Below the pieces are notes generated by a model. That model worked only from the letters and a program-made list of their open reading frames with translations, did no database searches and had not been told where the DNA came from. Below are positions 20,632 through 31,047 of a stretch of 64,000 nucleotides of DNA, one piece after another. The stretch comes from a candidate division FCPU426 bacterium (GTDB lineage Bacteria; Oederibacteriota; Muellerivitia; Muellerivitales; Muellerivitaceae): assembly GCA_963771075.1 (NCBI GenBank), contig CAVYSE010000011.1, forward strand, positions 192,001-256,000, given 5' to 3'. The translations under genes were made by a program, and so were the position numbers. Within the stretch, counting starts at the first letter, position 1. Every line of letters begins with the position of its first letter.

Positions 20632-21672
20632 TTAAGCCTCGGTCTTCTCGAAACCTTGGAACCGGTAGATCAGTATCGATAAAAGCCACCCCACTACAAA
20701 AACCCCTACGACCACGAAACCAAAGTTGGTGAGGTCGTCGTTCAAGGACTCGATGAGGCCAAAAGCCCCGCCATGAAGGTTGAGCTTGTCGGCGATGAGC
20801 CCCAGGGCCTCCAGGGAGCCGATCAGGAGCGCCACCAGCACCGAGAGGGAAGTGAGGGTCAGGTTGTACCAGAGCTTCCTCAAGGGGTGCACGAAGGCCC
20901 AGCCATAGACCCCCGTCATGATGACGCTGTCGGACGTATCCACCAGCGACATGCCCGCGGTGAACAGGACGGGAAATATCATGGTGCTCCCGAAGGAGAA
21001 CCCCTGGGCGGCCTGGGAAGCCGCGATGCCCAAAAGGCCGATTTCGGTGGCCGTGTCAAACCCCAGCCCGAACAGGAAACCCACCAGGTACATGTGGCGG
21101 CTTTCGGAGACGCTGTTCAGGAAGGGCTTGAAGATGCGCGACAGGAAACCCCGGTCCCAGAGCAGGCCGTCGAGTTCCTCCGCGTCGCTGGACTCGCCCC
21201 TTTGCTCCCGCCGGAAGGCCCGCCAGATGCTCTTGAGCACGAAAAGGTTGGCCAGCCCGATGGCGACCAGGAAGAAGGCAGAGACCGCCGTGCCCAAGAC
21301 GCCCCCGATGGCCCGAAAATGTTCCAGGCGGTCATGGGAGAGCCCGATGGCGGCGGCTAGGGCCGCCGAGGCCAGGAGGACAATGGTCGAATGCCCCAGC
21401 GAAAAGAAAAAACCGACCGAGATGGGCCGCCGACCCTCCTGCATGATCTTGCGCACGACGTTGTCGATGGCCGCGATGTGGTCCGCGTCCACCGCGTGGC
21501 GAAGGCCGAAAAGGTAGGCCAGGAAGGCCGTGCCCAATAAAGCCGGGCTGTGGGCGAAGGCCGTGAAGGCCCAGGCCCAGGCCCCCAAGTTGAAGACCCC
21601 GAGCCAAAAATAGAGCGTAGTGGTCTTGGCCCGGGTGTCCTGGGGTTGGTCATCGAATAAGTTGAAAAACAT
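20632..21672 (-). CDS. NiCoT (HoxN/HupN/NixA) nickel/cobalt permease
   Basis: RHAVDADHIAAIDN, FFSLGHS, LFGLGFDTATE. Confidence 0.96.
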   Translation of the reverse strand: MFFNLFDDQPQDTRAKTTTLYFWLGVFNLGAWAWAFTAFAHSPALLGTAFLAYLFGLRHAVDADHIAAIDNVVRKIMQEGRRPISVGFFFSLGHSTIVLLASAALAAAIGLSHDRLEHFRAIGGVLGTAVSAFFLVAIGLANLFVLKSIWRAFRREQRGESSDAEELDGLLWDRGFLSRIFKPFLNSVSESRHMYLVGFLFGLGFDTATEIGLLGIAASQAAQGFSFGSTMIFPVLFTAGMSLVDTSDSVIMTGVYGWAFVHPLRKLWYNLTLTSLSVLVALLIGSLEALGLIADKLNLHGGAFGLIESLNDDLTNFGFVVVGVFVVGWLLSILIYRFQGFEKTEA

Positions 21673-21709
21673 GTTTTGTTTCCTGTTGGGGGATCCTTGG
21701 GAGAGGAAC

Positions 21710-22126
21710 TTATCCCAATTCCTTCCCGGTGGTTCCCAGGGATAGGGTGGCGTGAAGCACGCCCTTTTCCTGGCGCATGTGATCGAACAGGTGGCGGATG
21801 TCGTCCGCTTGGCCCCTGATCATGATCATTTCCGCGCATAGCTTTTCATCCAGGTGCACATGGGTGGAAGCCAGTACCTGGGCCGGGTGATGGTGTTGCA
21901 TCTCGATCAGCTTTTCGGACAGCTGTCGCTTATGGTGGTCGTAAAGCAGGGACACGGTGCCCAAGGCCTCGCCTTTGCCTTCCCATTCCTGGTCGACTTG
22001 ATGGCCCCGGATCAGATCCCGGATGAATTCGGAACGGTTGGCGTAGTTCTTTTCCTTGATCAGGCGCTCAAATTTTTGGGCCAGGGATTTTTCGATGGAA
22101 AAGCTAAAACGGTGTAGATTCGCCAT
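21710..22126 (-). CDS. nikR: nickel-responsive regulator NikR
   Basis: RHH RFSFSI..YANRSEFIRDLIR; YDHH, QH, HVHLD..CAE; RBS GGAGG. Confidence 0.95.
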   Translation of the reverse strand: MANLHRFSFSIEKSLAQKFERLIKEKNYANRSEFIRDLIRGHQVDQEWEGKGEALGTVSLLYDHHKRQLSEKLIEMQHHHPAQVLASTHVHLDEKLCAEMIMIRGQADDIRHLFDHMRQEKGVLHATLSLGTTGKELG

Positions 22127-22191
22127 GGAATGCCTCCGAAGAACTCGCACTCAAGATTAAGGGTTGAGCCTTTCGGATGAGCATGACCGTA

Positions 22192-22218
22192 GTCATACGA
22201 TTAATTTATTTTTCATAC
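22192..22218. promoter_or_regulatory. candidate NikR autoregulatory operator
   Basis: GTCATA-N15-TCATAC, aligns with the site at 20589. Confidence 0.6.
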
Positions 22219-22246
22219 TTTTTTGTATGGGGTTATTTGACAATTT

Positions 22247-23212
22247 TTAAAAACCGTAAAAATTCAGGGAAGTGCCAAGGTCGAAACCCGTGAAGTCGAG
22301 GGTGGCGTAATGCTCACCGCTGGCGGCTTGGATGTTGGAAACCGGGTCGATATCCACCACGCCCTGGGTGTTCGCGGCCAGTCCGAACTGCCCTTGGGTC
22401 GCGCCGGAATCCAGCAAGGTTCCCTGCAGGTTGGATAAGCGCGCGTACCTGCCCCGGGCGATGAGGGATAAGCCCAGGCTGGGCCCCAAGGCGAATTCCC
22501 GGCCGATTCCAACCTGAAAACCCACAGTCGCCGATGCCAGGTTCCCGGACCAGACATCCGTGGGGTCGCCTCCGGTGTTGGTGTTGCTTCCGAAAAGGTT
22601 GGCGCTGGTAGTGGTTTGGCTGACCCGTACATTGGCCAGGTATAGGCCCGTACCGGCGGTAAGGAAAAACCGTCCGCCTTCATCGGGAAGGAAATAATAG
22701 TAATCCAGCGTAATAGGAATGACGGTGGGAAGCACCGTTAAGCTTTCGGTATCGGGGTTCGAGGGACCGTTGGGATAGGTGAGCTGGCCCAAAGTTTGGT
22801 TGTTTTGAAGGTAATGGACTCCCAAGGCGATGCCGTCGCGGGTGTCCAGGAGCAAGCCCATCTCAAAACCCAAATCCAACCCGTCGTGGCTGGCGGTGAC
22901 GGTTCCGGTGTATGCCCCCAATCCCGCGGGGTTCACGTAAGACTGGCTGTTGATCGGTCCCACACTATTGACCAGGTCTCCTTGGAGGGAATAGTTATAC
23001 CCGGCCTCGAAGCGGGTCCATATCCGGGCGTGGTCAATGGGAGGCAGATGATCTGAAAAGGCAGGGTTGGATATGGCGGAAACCGCCAAGCTATCGGCAG
23101 CCGAAAGGGTGGGAACTGGCGTGGCCGTGGGTTCCGGCTCCTCCGCCCATAGACAACCGCATAAACCGAGGGCCAGCGATAGAAGAATGGTTTTATCCAT
23201 AAAAATCCCCAT
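22247..23212 (-). CDS. outer-membrane beta-barrel protein
   Basis: Signal peptide, amphipathic strands, C-terminal SLNFYGF. Confidence 0.75.
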   Translation of the reverse strand: MGIFMDKTILLSLALGLCGCLWAEEPEPTATPVPTLSAADSLAVSAISNPAFSDHLPPIDHARIWTRFEAGYNYSLQGDLVNSVGPINSQSYVNPAGLGAYTGTVTASHDGLDLGFEMGLLLDTRDGIALGVHYLQNNQTLGQLTYPNGPSNPDTESLTVLPTVIPITLDYYYFLPDEGGRFFLTAGTGLYLANVRVSQTTTSANLFGSNTNTGGDPTDVWSGNLASATVGFQVGIGREFALGPSLGLSLIARGRYARLSNLQGTLLDSGATQGQFGLAANTQGVVDIDPVSNIQAASGEHYATLDFTGFDLGTSLNFYGF

Positions 23213-25215
23213 TAAAAGCTCACCGTCGTGCCGATCTCAAAATACCGCCCCGGCATCAGCAAGCCCTGCAGGGTGGCGTACTGTTCGTTCAGGATATTCT
23301 TGAGCGACAGGAAAACCTTTTGGTTCGGGGCGAGATTAGTTTTGAAATCCGCGTTCAGGATGGTATAGGAGGAAGCGACAATCAGGGTCGGGTTGTCCTG
23401 AAAGCCCGTATAGATGGCCGGATCTCGGTCCACGAACTGGCCGTCAAGATGGATCTCCGTGTTTTGGGGAAACTTCAAGGCAATTCCACCCACCGCCTTT
23501 TGCCGCATGCGGGCGGGAATGAGTTCGTTGGTTTGTGTGTTCCGGGAATCCACGAACGTATAACTGGCATAGGGGGAAAGCCAGGAAGACAAGTCGAGGT
23601 TGAGGCTTGTCTCAAAGCCCAACACCCGGGCCTGGGGCACGTTGGTGAAAGACCAATAGGGCGCGTTTTCCAACAGAAGGGGTGAATAAAACTGGATTTC
23701 GGCGGGAATAATGAGATTGTTATAAAAACTGGCGAAGCCGCTGATCTTGAACGAGACATGGTTCCAGCCCCAATCGGTTCCCGCCTCGAGATTGACCGAA
23801 CTTTCCGGCTGGAGATTCGGGTTGCCCGTTTCCCCATCGCCAAGTTCGACGGGAAGATCCAAGAGTGAATAATCAATTTCGGGGTGGTAAAGTTCGTCAA
23901 AATCCGGATAGCGGTAGCCCGTTCCCGCCCCAAAATAAACATCCTTTTCAGAAGTGAATTGGTATCTCACGGTTCCCTCGGGGTTGAATACCGCCAAGCC
24001 ATAGCTGTTGTACCAATCCAGCCTTCCGCTGTAGCGAAAAGAAAGGGATTGGGTAAAGTCCAACTGGCCTTTGCCGGAAAAGGAAGTCACGTCGTTTGAA
24101 CGCACACCATCCCCCAAACTCTCGGTGCCTTGTAGGTTCTCGCTCCGGAACTCAAACCCGAAGGTGAGGGAATGGAACCAGCTGTCCCATTGGGCGGAGC
24201 CGGTGGCCAGGAAGTCGTAGGTGTTGTAGGTATTCTCGTCCACGGGAGGAACACCGGAGGCGTTGTCGGCTCCCAATGGGCTGAGACGGTAAACGTAGGA
24301 GTAGTTGTAGGAAAAGGCCGGGTTGAAGCTCCATTCCCCGAGGGCGCGTTGGTCGCTGGCCGAGACGACGAAGGCCTGTTTTTTCTCGCGGTCGTCCGTG
24401 TCAAAGACGCCCGTGTCCAGGGCCGCCAGGCTGTCCCCGTTGGGCGCGCCTCCGTTTTTGTAAACGTAATTCGCCGTCAGGGTCAATTGGTCCGCGCCCA
24501 GGCGGAGGCGCGAGGAATGGTCCACCTCCCAGTTGACCAGGTCGGTATTGGCGGTGTAGCCGTTGGTATTGAACCCATTGCCGCTGAGGGAGCCCTGCCA
24601 GGGGCCTAATTTCCAGTCCCCCGTGGATGCGTGGGCCTGATAGGTGCCGAAATCCCCCACGGAGGTTCCGAAACTGCCGCCCTGGCTTTGGACGTGGGTG
24701 ATGATGTTGATGACCCCGCCCGTGGCGTCCGGGCCGTAGGCGAGGGCCTCCGGCCCCTTGATGATCTCGATGCGCTCGATATCCTCCGTCGGGATCATGG
24801 CCAGGTCGAACCCCTGGTTGGTCCTTTGCCCGTTCAGCAAGACCAGGGTTTGGTTGGTCGCGGAGCCGCGGATGCTGATATTGGCGAAACTTTTGGCGAT
24901 GCCCAATCCCTCGGTCTCCAGGCCGGCTTGGCTGTCCAGGAGGTCCGCCAGGCGGCTGTCGGCCTTGAGGGAATCCAGGCTGGGGCCTTCCAACACGTCG
25001 CCTGGAGCCTTATTCGCGTAAACCTCGATCTCGTTCATGGTGTAAATGGGGACTGGGGGGGTGACAAGGGGGGTAGGGGAAGACGTGGAAAAAATAGGGG
25101 TTGGGGTGGGAACGGAACTTTGACCTTGGACAACGGATGTGGACAAAGAGATAACAACCAAAAGAATAATAAATTTAATGTCTTTGAATGTTTGAAAAGC
25201 CATGAAATCGTTCAT
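23212..25215 (-). CDS. TonB-dependent receptor (BtuB-like)
   Basis: ISIRGS..NQTLVLLNG, IERIEIIKGPEALAYGPDATGGVINIIT, GNPNLQPE, PGRYF..terminal F. Confidence 0.9.
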   Translation of the reverse strand: MNDFMAFQTFKDIKFIILLVVISLSTSVVQGQSSVPTPTPIFSTSSPTPLVTPPVPIYTMNEIEVYANKAPGDVLEGPSLDSLKADSRLADLLDSQAGLETEGLGIAKSFANISIRGSATNQTLVLLNGQRTNQGFDLAMIPTEDIERIEIIKGPEALAYGPDATGGVINIITHVQSQGGSFGTSVGDFGTYQAHASTGDWKLGPWQGSLSGNGFNTNGYTANTDLVNWEVDHSSRLRLGADQLTLTANYVYKNGGAPNGDSLAALDTGVFDTDDREKKQAFVVSASDQRALGEWSFNPAFSYNYSYVYRLSPLGADNASGVPPVDENTYNTYDFLATGSAQWDSWFHSLTFGFEFRSENLQGTESLGDGVRSNDVTSFSGKGQLDFTQSLSFRYSGRLDWYNSYGLAVFNPEGTVRYQFTSEKDVYFGAGTGYRYPDFDELYHPEIDYSLLDLPVELGDGETGNPNLQPESSVNLEAGTDWGWNHVSFKISGFASFYNNLIIPAEIQFYSPLLLENAPYWSFTNVPQARVLGFETSLNLDLSSWLSPYASYTFVDSRNTQTNELIPARMRQKAVGGIALKFPQNTEIHLDGQFVDRDPAIYTGFQDNPTLIVASSYTILNADFKTNLAPNQKVFLSLKNILNEQYATLQGLLMPGRYFEIGTTVSF

Positions 25216-25225
25216 TTAAGGAAAG

Positions 25226-25729
25226 CTAGATTACCAACCCCATCCGGTAATCGTCCATGACAAACCCGCCGCCGATGTCGGTTACGACCGGCTCCAGTAT
25301 CTTGAACCCTAAGGCCTGGTAGACCTTGACCGAGGGGTTTTGCTTGTGGACGGTCAGGGTGATCCGCCCCAGATCCCGGCTGCGAGCCAGGGTTTTCACG
25401 AATTCCAAGGCGGCCCGCGCGAAACCTTTTCCCCGATGGATTCGCAAAAGGTAAAACTTACTTAAAAACAGCTCATCCGGGCGGTAGTAAATCGAAAGAT
25501 AGCCGGCGTTTTCCCCCTCGTTGATCTGAAGTAAAAAATACTGGGCTCCTTCCCGCATTTGTTCCTCGATCGCGTGGGCGGCCTGGAATTGGTGGAGCAT
25601 GTATTCCACATGGGTTTCCCCAATGATGGGAGCGTAATGTTCCCGCCAGATGGGAAGGGCCAAGGCCTCGACCGCGTGGCAATCCGCGTGGGTTTTTACC
25701 GGTACGTAATGAAGGGTATCCAAATTCAT
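25226..25729 (-). CDS. GNAT N-acetyltransferase
   Basis: IWREHY..IIG, LSKFYL..HRGKG, DIGGGFVMDDYRM. Confidence 0.9.
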   Translation of the reverse strand: MNLDTLHYVPVKTHADCHAVEALALPIWREHYAPIIGETHVEYMLHQFQAAHAIEEQMREGAQYFLLQINEGENAGYLSIYYRPDELFLSKFYLLRIHRGKGFARAALEFVKTLARSRDLGRITLTVHKQNPSVKVYQALGFKILEPVVTDIGGGFVMDDYRMGLVI

Positions 25730-25992
25730 AGATCGATTGTACAGGGTAGAATGGGGTGGAAAGGGCTAGAAAAAAAGACGAGTGGAAGGGCTCCGCTTTT
25801 CAAGATTATTTCCTGAATGGACTCGGGTAAAAACCGGGATATTGCCTGGGCCTTATCCGCAAATGGGGGTGCATTGAATTCTCAAGCCAAAGTGGGGTTT
25901 TTAAACGCTCCCATTTATAATGTCTTCCAGTCGGTTTGGGGGTTTGGAAAGAGGCTTCCGGCCCGAATATCGCCGACCCGGAGCCCCCCTGA

Positions 25993-28900
25993 ATGTCCCA
26001 TGATCACGAAATATCCCCACTGAACCGGGTTGTCTTCCGACTGGGTGCCTTATTTCTCGTTCTTCTTTTGTCCCCACACCTTTGGGCACAGTCCGCTTCC
26101 GTCACCCTGACCGTTAACTCCGCCACCACCCTGACGTCCTTTTATCCTATCAGCATCTTTGGAGCCAACGCGGCCTATTGGATATCCCAAACGGACAATG
26201 CCAACGTCCAGCCCCTGGTCCAAGGGGCGGGGAACTATTTCATCCGCTACCCAGGGGGGTCCTCTTCCGACGATTACCACTGGAACGGGACCGGAGCGGG
26301 GCCCAACAACGGTTATGACGCCAACGACTACTGGGTTCCCAGTGGTTCCAGTTATACTCCCGGCTTTCAGGATTACGACATCTACACCGGCACCACCTCC
26401 ACCAATTACGGCGTGCCATCCAACCTCACCGACGGGGACACCTCGACCGCCTGGCTCTCCAACGCGGACACGGATTTCCCCAGCCACCAATGGGCGGAAC
26501 TGGACCTGACGGGAAATGGTAGCGCGGGTTTTCCCGCGAACGCGGTCACCCACCTCAGCGCGGTCACAATTGTATGGGGGACGCCGTCCGCCGCGACTTT
26601 TCAAATCCAATATTGGAACGGGCCGAACGGGTATCCGGAACCCTATATGCGGTCCCCGGAGTACGGGGCGTCCGGGTGGGCGACGGTTTCCGCGGGCACG
26701 GTCATTGGAACGGGGGACGGAACCACCCAAGGAGTGACGTTCTCAACCGTTTCGGCGGAGAATATCCGAATACTCTTGCTTTCCAGCACAGCGGGCGCAA
26801 GTGGGGCCTATTCCATCGCCGAAATTTACGTTTACGGCCCGGGCGGCCAGGTGAGCCGAAACATCGACGCGGTGGACGGAAATAACGTGCCGACTCAAAC
26901 CTGTTGTGTGGTTTCCAGCATGGACCCGGCCAGCTCCTTCGACGATTCTTCTCAACCGCCCCAGGGTACAGATTTCGAGTCCTTCATGACCTACATCCAT
27001 TCCTTCTCGCCCAACGCTATTCCCCTCATCACGGTCAATTTCGGGACCGGAACCGCCTCCGAGGCGGCCTCCTGGGTCCAGTACGCCAACAAGACGGCCC
27101 ACCCGAATTTCCCGGGCGGGTACGGGATCAAGTACTGGCAGATCGGCAACGAGATGGAGGGGGCCTGGGAAACGGGGGGGCCTATCAACACCCGGGATTA
27201 CGTGCGGCGTTATATCGAGTACTTCACCGCCATGAAGGCGGTGGACCCATCCATCGCCATTACCGGGCCGGTGGCGGGAAGTTTTTTCGATTCCTCCGAC
27301 CTATACGACGGCAACGGCGTGGTCCAGGACTTCGTGAGCATCGGCGCGGCGGCGGGCGTGAGCCTCTTTGGAAACCCCAACGCTTTTCTCAACGCCATCG
27401 ACTACCATTGGTACCCCAATTATGGCGGTTATTCCTCGGCCCAGGCCCTGACCAGCACGGGCAGCCTGGACCTATTGCCCGCGGCCCTGCAGGGTTATTT
27501 CACTAGCGCGGGAGTGACCGGGGGGGGCCAAATCCCTGTCATTATGTCGGAATATAACGCCGACCCAAGCGATGAGAATTTCCAGGTGCAGTTGGGCGAC
27601 GGCCTTTTCGTGGCCGACGCCCTGGGTCATTTCATCAATGCTTTCGGGCCCGTGGGGTTTTGCAACCTCTGGGCCACCCTGAACGGGGGGGACGCCACGT
27701 CAAGCCCTACGGGCGGGGACTTGGGATACCTTAACGTGGCGAACGACGGCTACCAGTACCAGCCCCGGGCCGATTATTGGACCATGAAAATGATGACCAA
27801 CGACTGGGCGATCCCCGGCGACTCCAACAGCCACAAGCTGGTGCAGGTTTCCACAAACAACGCTCCCGATACTCTCCTAGCCGCCTACGCGGACTACCGG
27901 CCCGACGGGGTGCTCTCCCTGGCAGTGGTGAACAAGGACGCTGCGACGACCTTTAACGCCGTGGTCACCCTGGCCGCACCCTTCACGGCCAACGGCACGG
28001 CAGCCGCGTGGAGCTTCAATTCATCCAATTACCAGTGGGTTACCGCCGGGTCCCCGCCTTACCACGCCGCGCCCGACTTCGGGCCTTCCCCCCTGACCGT
28101 GACCGGCACGGGCAAGGCGTTCCCCGTGACCTTCCAGCCCTATTCTTTCACCGTCCTGCAATTCACCAACTCGGGACTGCCGACGAATACCGCAACCCCT
28201 TCCCCCACCGTCACCCTCACCCCCACGCCGACCCCGACCCCCAACTACGGGCCCTTTGCCTTGGTCGATAATTTCGAGGACCTGACCCGGGACGGACCCC
28301 GGCCCCCGGAGCGCACCAACCTTTGGAACGGCCCTTGGGACACCTACATGGATACCCTGGGGACCGACGTTACGGTGCAATACGGGGTGGCGCCTGGAAC
28401 GGCGGGTACTCATTTCGCGGCGAAAGTCTCCGGGATGGTTTACACCAACCAGCCCACCAGCGGCCCCGTCACGAACGGATGGTCCGTCTATTCGACCACG
28501 CTGAGCCAATGGCCCCTGCTGGTTTACGACTTGAGCGGCAGCGGCATCGTGGGGCTGGAATTCTGGTTCTACGGCGACGGGGCCACCTACCGGGCGGAAG
28601 TGCGCAGCCAGGCTGTCGCCGACGGTGACTACTACGGGGTGAACATTACCCCCGCCAAGAACCAATGGAGCTTCTACCAGATCCCCTTCACCCAGATGAC
28701 GCGGCAGGCTTGGGGAACCCAGACGGGGCTTCCCGCTACTTTCGCCGGAACGGACGCCACGGGTATCCAGTTCGTGACCCAGGATTACGGCCCCTTTTCC
28801 TACGAGGTCGATGAAATCGGATTTTATTCCGCCTCGGGCTTGTCCCCGACCGTGACCCCCTCCTCCACCCCGACCAACCTGAACGGTTTCACCTCCACGG

Positions 28901-31044
28901 TCACGGCCAGCCCAACGGTCACCCCGACTCCGACCTTGACCGCCAGTCCCACGCCCTCCGCCACCTTCCCCCCCTGCGGCACCGGCCTCTACCCAAGTTA
29001 CACCTTTGATACCGGAACCGAGTGCTGGGAGACCTGGGGCGGGCCGGTGGGATCGGTCTTCCAATGGGATTCCGCGGACGGGCACACGAGCCCCGGGTGC
29101 TTGGAAGCTATTTTCCCCTTCGCGAGCGGTAGCGTCAGTCAACCCATCCTGTACCTGGATTTCTCCTCCACGCCCATCAGCGTACCGGCGGGAAGCACCA
29201 TCAACCTCTGGTACAAGGCCTCCAGCACTACGGGTACCGCGCAAGTGTTCGACTCTAGCATCACCCAGGGCTCTGGCGGCCCGGTCTCCTGGGTTTGGAA
29301 CACGGGGGCCTGGCAGGGCAACCTCGCCACTTCCTGGACCCAGTTGAGTTTTACCTTGAACCCGGCCAACCCCAACGAGGTGCAGCAGATCGGGTTCCAG
29401 GTGCCCACGTCGGCCGGGCAGATCACCTCGCCGGTGACGGTCTGGATCGACGACGTGACGTTTAGCCTGGCCCCGGCGGCCACTTCCACCGCCACACCCA
29501 CGGTCACGGCCAGCCCCACTCGCACCTGGACCCCAACCCCCTCCTCCACCAACCAAGGGGGATTTACCTCGACCATCACCCAAACCCCGACCATTACGCA
29601 AACGCCCACAGCGACCCTATCCCCCACCCCGACCGCCACGGGCCAAATCGCCAGCCTTTGCGGTCAAAACCAGATGGTAACGGTCGGCTCCTACGTGGTG
29701 GAGACGGATTATTGGAACTACACCAACTGCCCCGGCGCCCAATGTATGACCGTCAACAGCGCGACCGGGGCCTTCGCCGTGACCGAAGGGCCCAATTGCG
29801 GCACGAACGTGGCCAGCTACCCCAACGTCCTTTACGGCTGCTCTTTCGGCGAGTGCAGCCCCGGCGGCTCCCTGCCCCTGCCGGTTTCCCTCCTGTCCTG
29901 CGTGACCAGCAGTTGGAACTTCAGCGTTGGAGGGAACCCCGCGACCGATTCCTGGGATGTGGCCTATGACATCTGGTTCTGCCCCACCGCGACCTGTGGG
30001 TCCGGGGGTTTCACCGGCGGTACCGAACTGATGATCTGGCTTAATTACGCGAACGCCGCGGGTTGGCAGAACCATATCGCCGCGGGGGTGCCCCTGAGCG
30101 GAAGCGATTGGGAAGTTTGGCAGGCCGTCCAAGGCACCTTCCCGGCCACCTGGACCTACCTGGCCTATTTGGCGGACACCCAGGTCACCTCCGTCTCCAA
30201 CCTGAACCTGGAAGCTTTTTTCCAGGACGCTTTGAACCGGGGCTATATCCAGCAGAACTGGTACCTTTATGCGGTTCAGGCGGGGGATGAAATCCGTTCG
30301 GGGGGGATGCCCTTCCTCAGCAACAGCTTCTCCGTCTCGGTCAACAACGGGTGCGGGACCCTTACCCCGACTCGCACGGCCACGGTCACGCCCACCTGGA
30401 CCTGGAGCACCACCCCCACCTGGACCCCTTCCCCCACCTCCAGCCCCAGCCGAACCCCCTCGCTCACCGCGACCTATTCGCCGACGGCCACCCTTGCCTT
30501 CACCCTCACCTCAATACCGTCTAATACCATAACCTCCACGCCTTCCCCGTCCCCATCTCCCACTCCGACCTCCACGGCAACGATCACGCCCACCGGGACA
30601 GTCCCGTCTTCCGCCACCCCAACTCCGATCGGTACCTTTACCTCCACGCCCTCCCCAACCCAAAGCCTTTCCCCCACCCAGAGCCCCCAATTCACGCCGT
30701 CCTTTACCCCCTCACCCCTTCCCACAGGTACCCCCACGATTTTGCCGAGCAACGGAGGGGTCTCTTTCAGCTTGCCCTATCCCAACCCGGTCAGGGACGA
30801 ACCCCAAGTGGCTTTCTCGGTACAGGCGCCCGGGACCGCGAGGGTGACGTGGGATGTTTTCACGGTGTCACTCCGGAAGGTGGCGAGCGGAACCCAGGGG
30901 ATCACCAACGGCGGAACCCTCGTATGGAAATTGGGGGATGACGCCGGGACCCCGGTGTCCGACGGGTTGTATTATTTGAGGGTAAGGGTGACCAGCGGAA
31001 ATGAATCGACGTCCCAGATCTGGAAAGTCCTTGTGTTGCGGTAA
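25993..31044 (+). CDS. secreted multimodular glycoside hydrolase: clan-A GH with inserted discoidin/CBM32, CIA30/CBM11-like, CBM-like, GH12, T/P linkers, C-terminal sorting domain
   Basis: IRYPGGS, YWQIGNE, IMSEYN; YDIWF, TELMIW, QAGDE; YPNP...GLYYL...KVLVLR. Confidence 0.88.
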   Translation: MSHDHEISPLNRVVFRLGALFLVLLLSPHLWAQSASVTLTVNSATTLTSFYPISIFGANAAYWISQTDNANVQPLVQGAGNYFIRYPGGSSSDDYHWNGTGAGPNNGYDANDYWVPSGSSYTPGFQDYDIYTGTTSTNYGVPSNLTDGDTSTAWLSNADTDFPSHQWAELDLTGNGSAGFPANAVTHLSAVTIVWGTPSAATFQIQYWNGPNGYPEPYMRSPEYGASGWATVSAGTVIGTGDGTTQGVTFSTVSAENIRILLLSSTAGASGAYSIAEIYVYGPGGQVSRNIDAVDGNNVPTQTCCVVSSMDPASSFDDSSQPPQGTDFESFMTYIHSFSPNAIPLITVNFGTGTASEAASWVQYANKTAHPNFPGGYGIKYWQIGNEMEGAWETGGPINTRDYVRRYIEYFTAMKAVDPSIAITGPVAGSFFDSSDLYDGNGVVQDFVSIGAAAGVSLFGNPNAFLNAIDYHWYPNYGGYSSAQALTSTGSLDLLPAALQGYFTSAGVTGGGQIPVIMSEYNADPSDENFQVQLGDGLFVADALGHFINAFGPVGFCNLWATLNGGDATSSPTGGDLGYLNVANDGYQYQPRADYWTMKMMTNDWAIPGDSNSHKLVQVSTNNAPDTLLAAYADYRPDGVLSLAVVNKDAATTFNAVVTLAAPFTANGTAAAWSFNSSNYQWVTAGSPPYHAAPDFGPSPLTVTGTGKAFPVTFQPYSFTVLQFTNSGLPTNTATPSPTVTLTPTPTPTPNYGPFALVDNFEDLTRDGPRPPERTNLWNGPWDTYMDTLGTDVTVQYGVAPGTAGTHFAAKVSGMVYTNQPTSGPVTNGWSVYSTTLSQWPLLVYDLSGSGIVGLEFWFYGDGATYRAEVRSQAVADGDYYGVNITPAKNQWSFYQIPFTQMTRQAWGTQTGLPATFAGTDATGIQFVTQDYGPFSYEVDEIGFYSASGLSPTVTPSSTPTNLNGFTSTVTASPTVTPTPTLTASPTPSATFPPCGTGLYPSYTFDTGTECWETWGGPVGSVFQWDSADGHTSPGCLEAIFPFASGSVSQPILYLDFSSTPISVPAGSTINLWYKASSTTGTAQVFDSSITQGSGGPVSWVWNTGAWQGNLATSWTQLSFTLNPANPNEVQQIGFQVPTSAGQITSPVTVWIDDVTFSLAPAATSTATPTVTASPTRTWTPTPSSTNQGGFTSTITQTPTITQTPTATLSPTPTATGQIASLCGQNQMVTVGSYVVETDYWNYTNCPGAQCMTVNSATGAFAVTEGPNCGTNVASYPNVLYGCSFGECSPGGSLPLPVSLLSCVTSSWNFSVGGNPATDSWDVAYDIWFCPTATCGSGGFTGGTELMIWLNYANAAGWQNHIAAGVPLSGSDWEVWQAVQGTFPATWTYLAYLADTQVTSVSNLNLEAFFQDALNRGYIQQNWYLYAVQAGDEIRSGGMPFLSNSFSVSVNNGCGTLTPTRTATVTPTWTWSTTPTWTPSPTSSPSRTPSLTATYSPTATLAFTLTSIPSNTITSTPSPSPSPTPTSTATITPTGTVPSSATPTPIGTFTSTPSPTQSLSPTQSPQFTPSFTPSPLPTGTPTILPSNGGVSFSLPYPNPVRDEPQVAFSVQAPGTARVTWDVFTVSLRKVASGTQGITNGGTLVWKLGDDAGTPVSDGLYYLRVRVTSGNESTSQIWKVLVLR

Positions 31045-31047
31045 GGA

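Noticed and set aside
28021..29601. 526-aa minus-strand ORF and many other antisense ORFs, including GV-rich ones
   Set aside because: Shadows of real genes caused by GC-rich codon bias and T/P repeats
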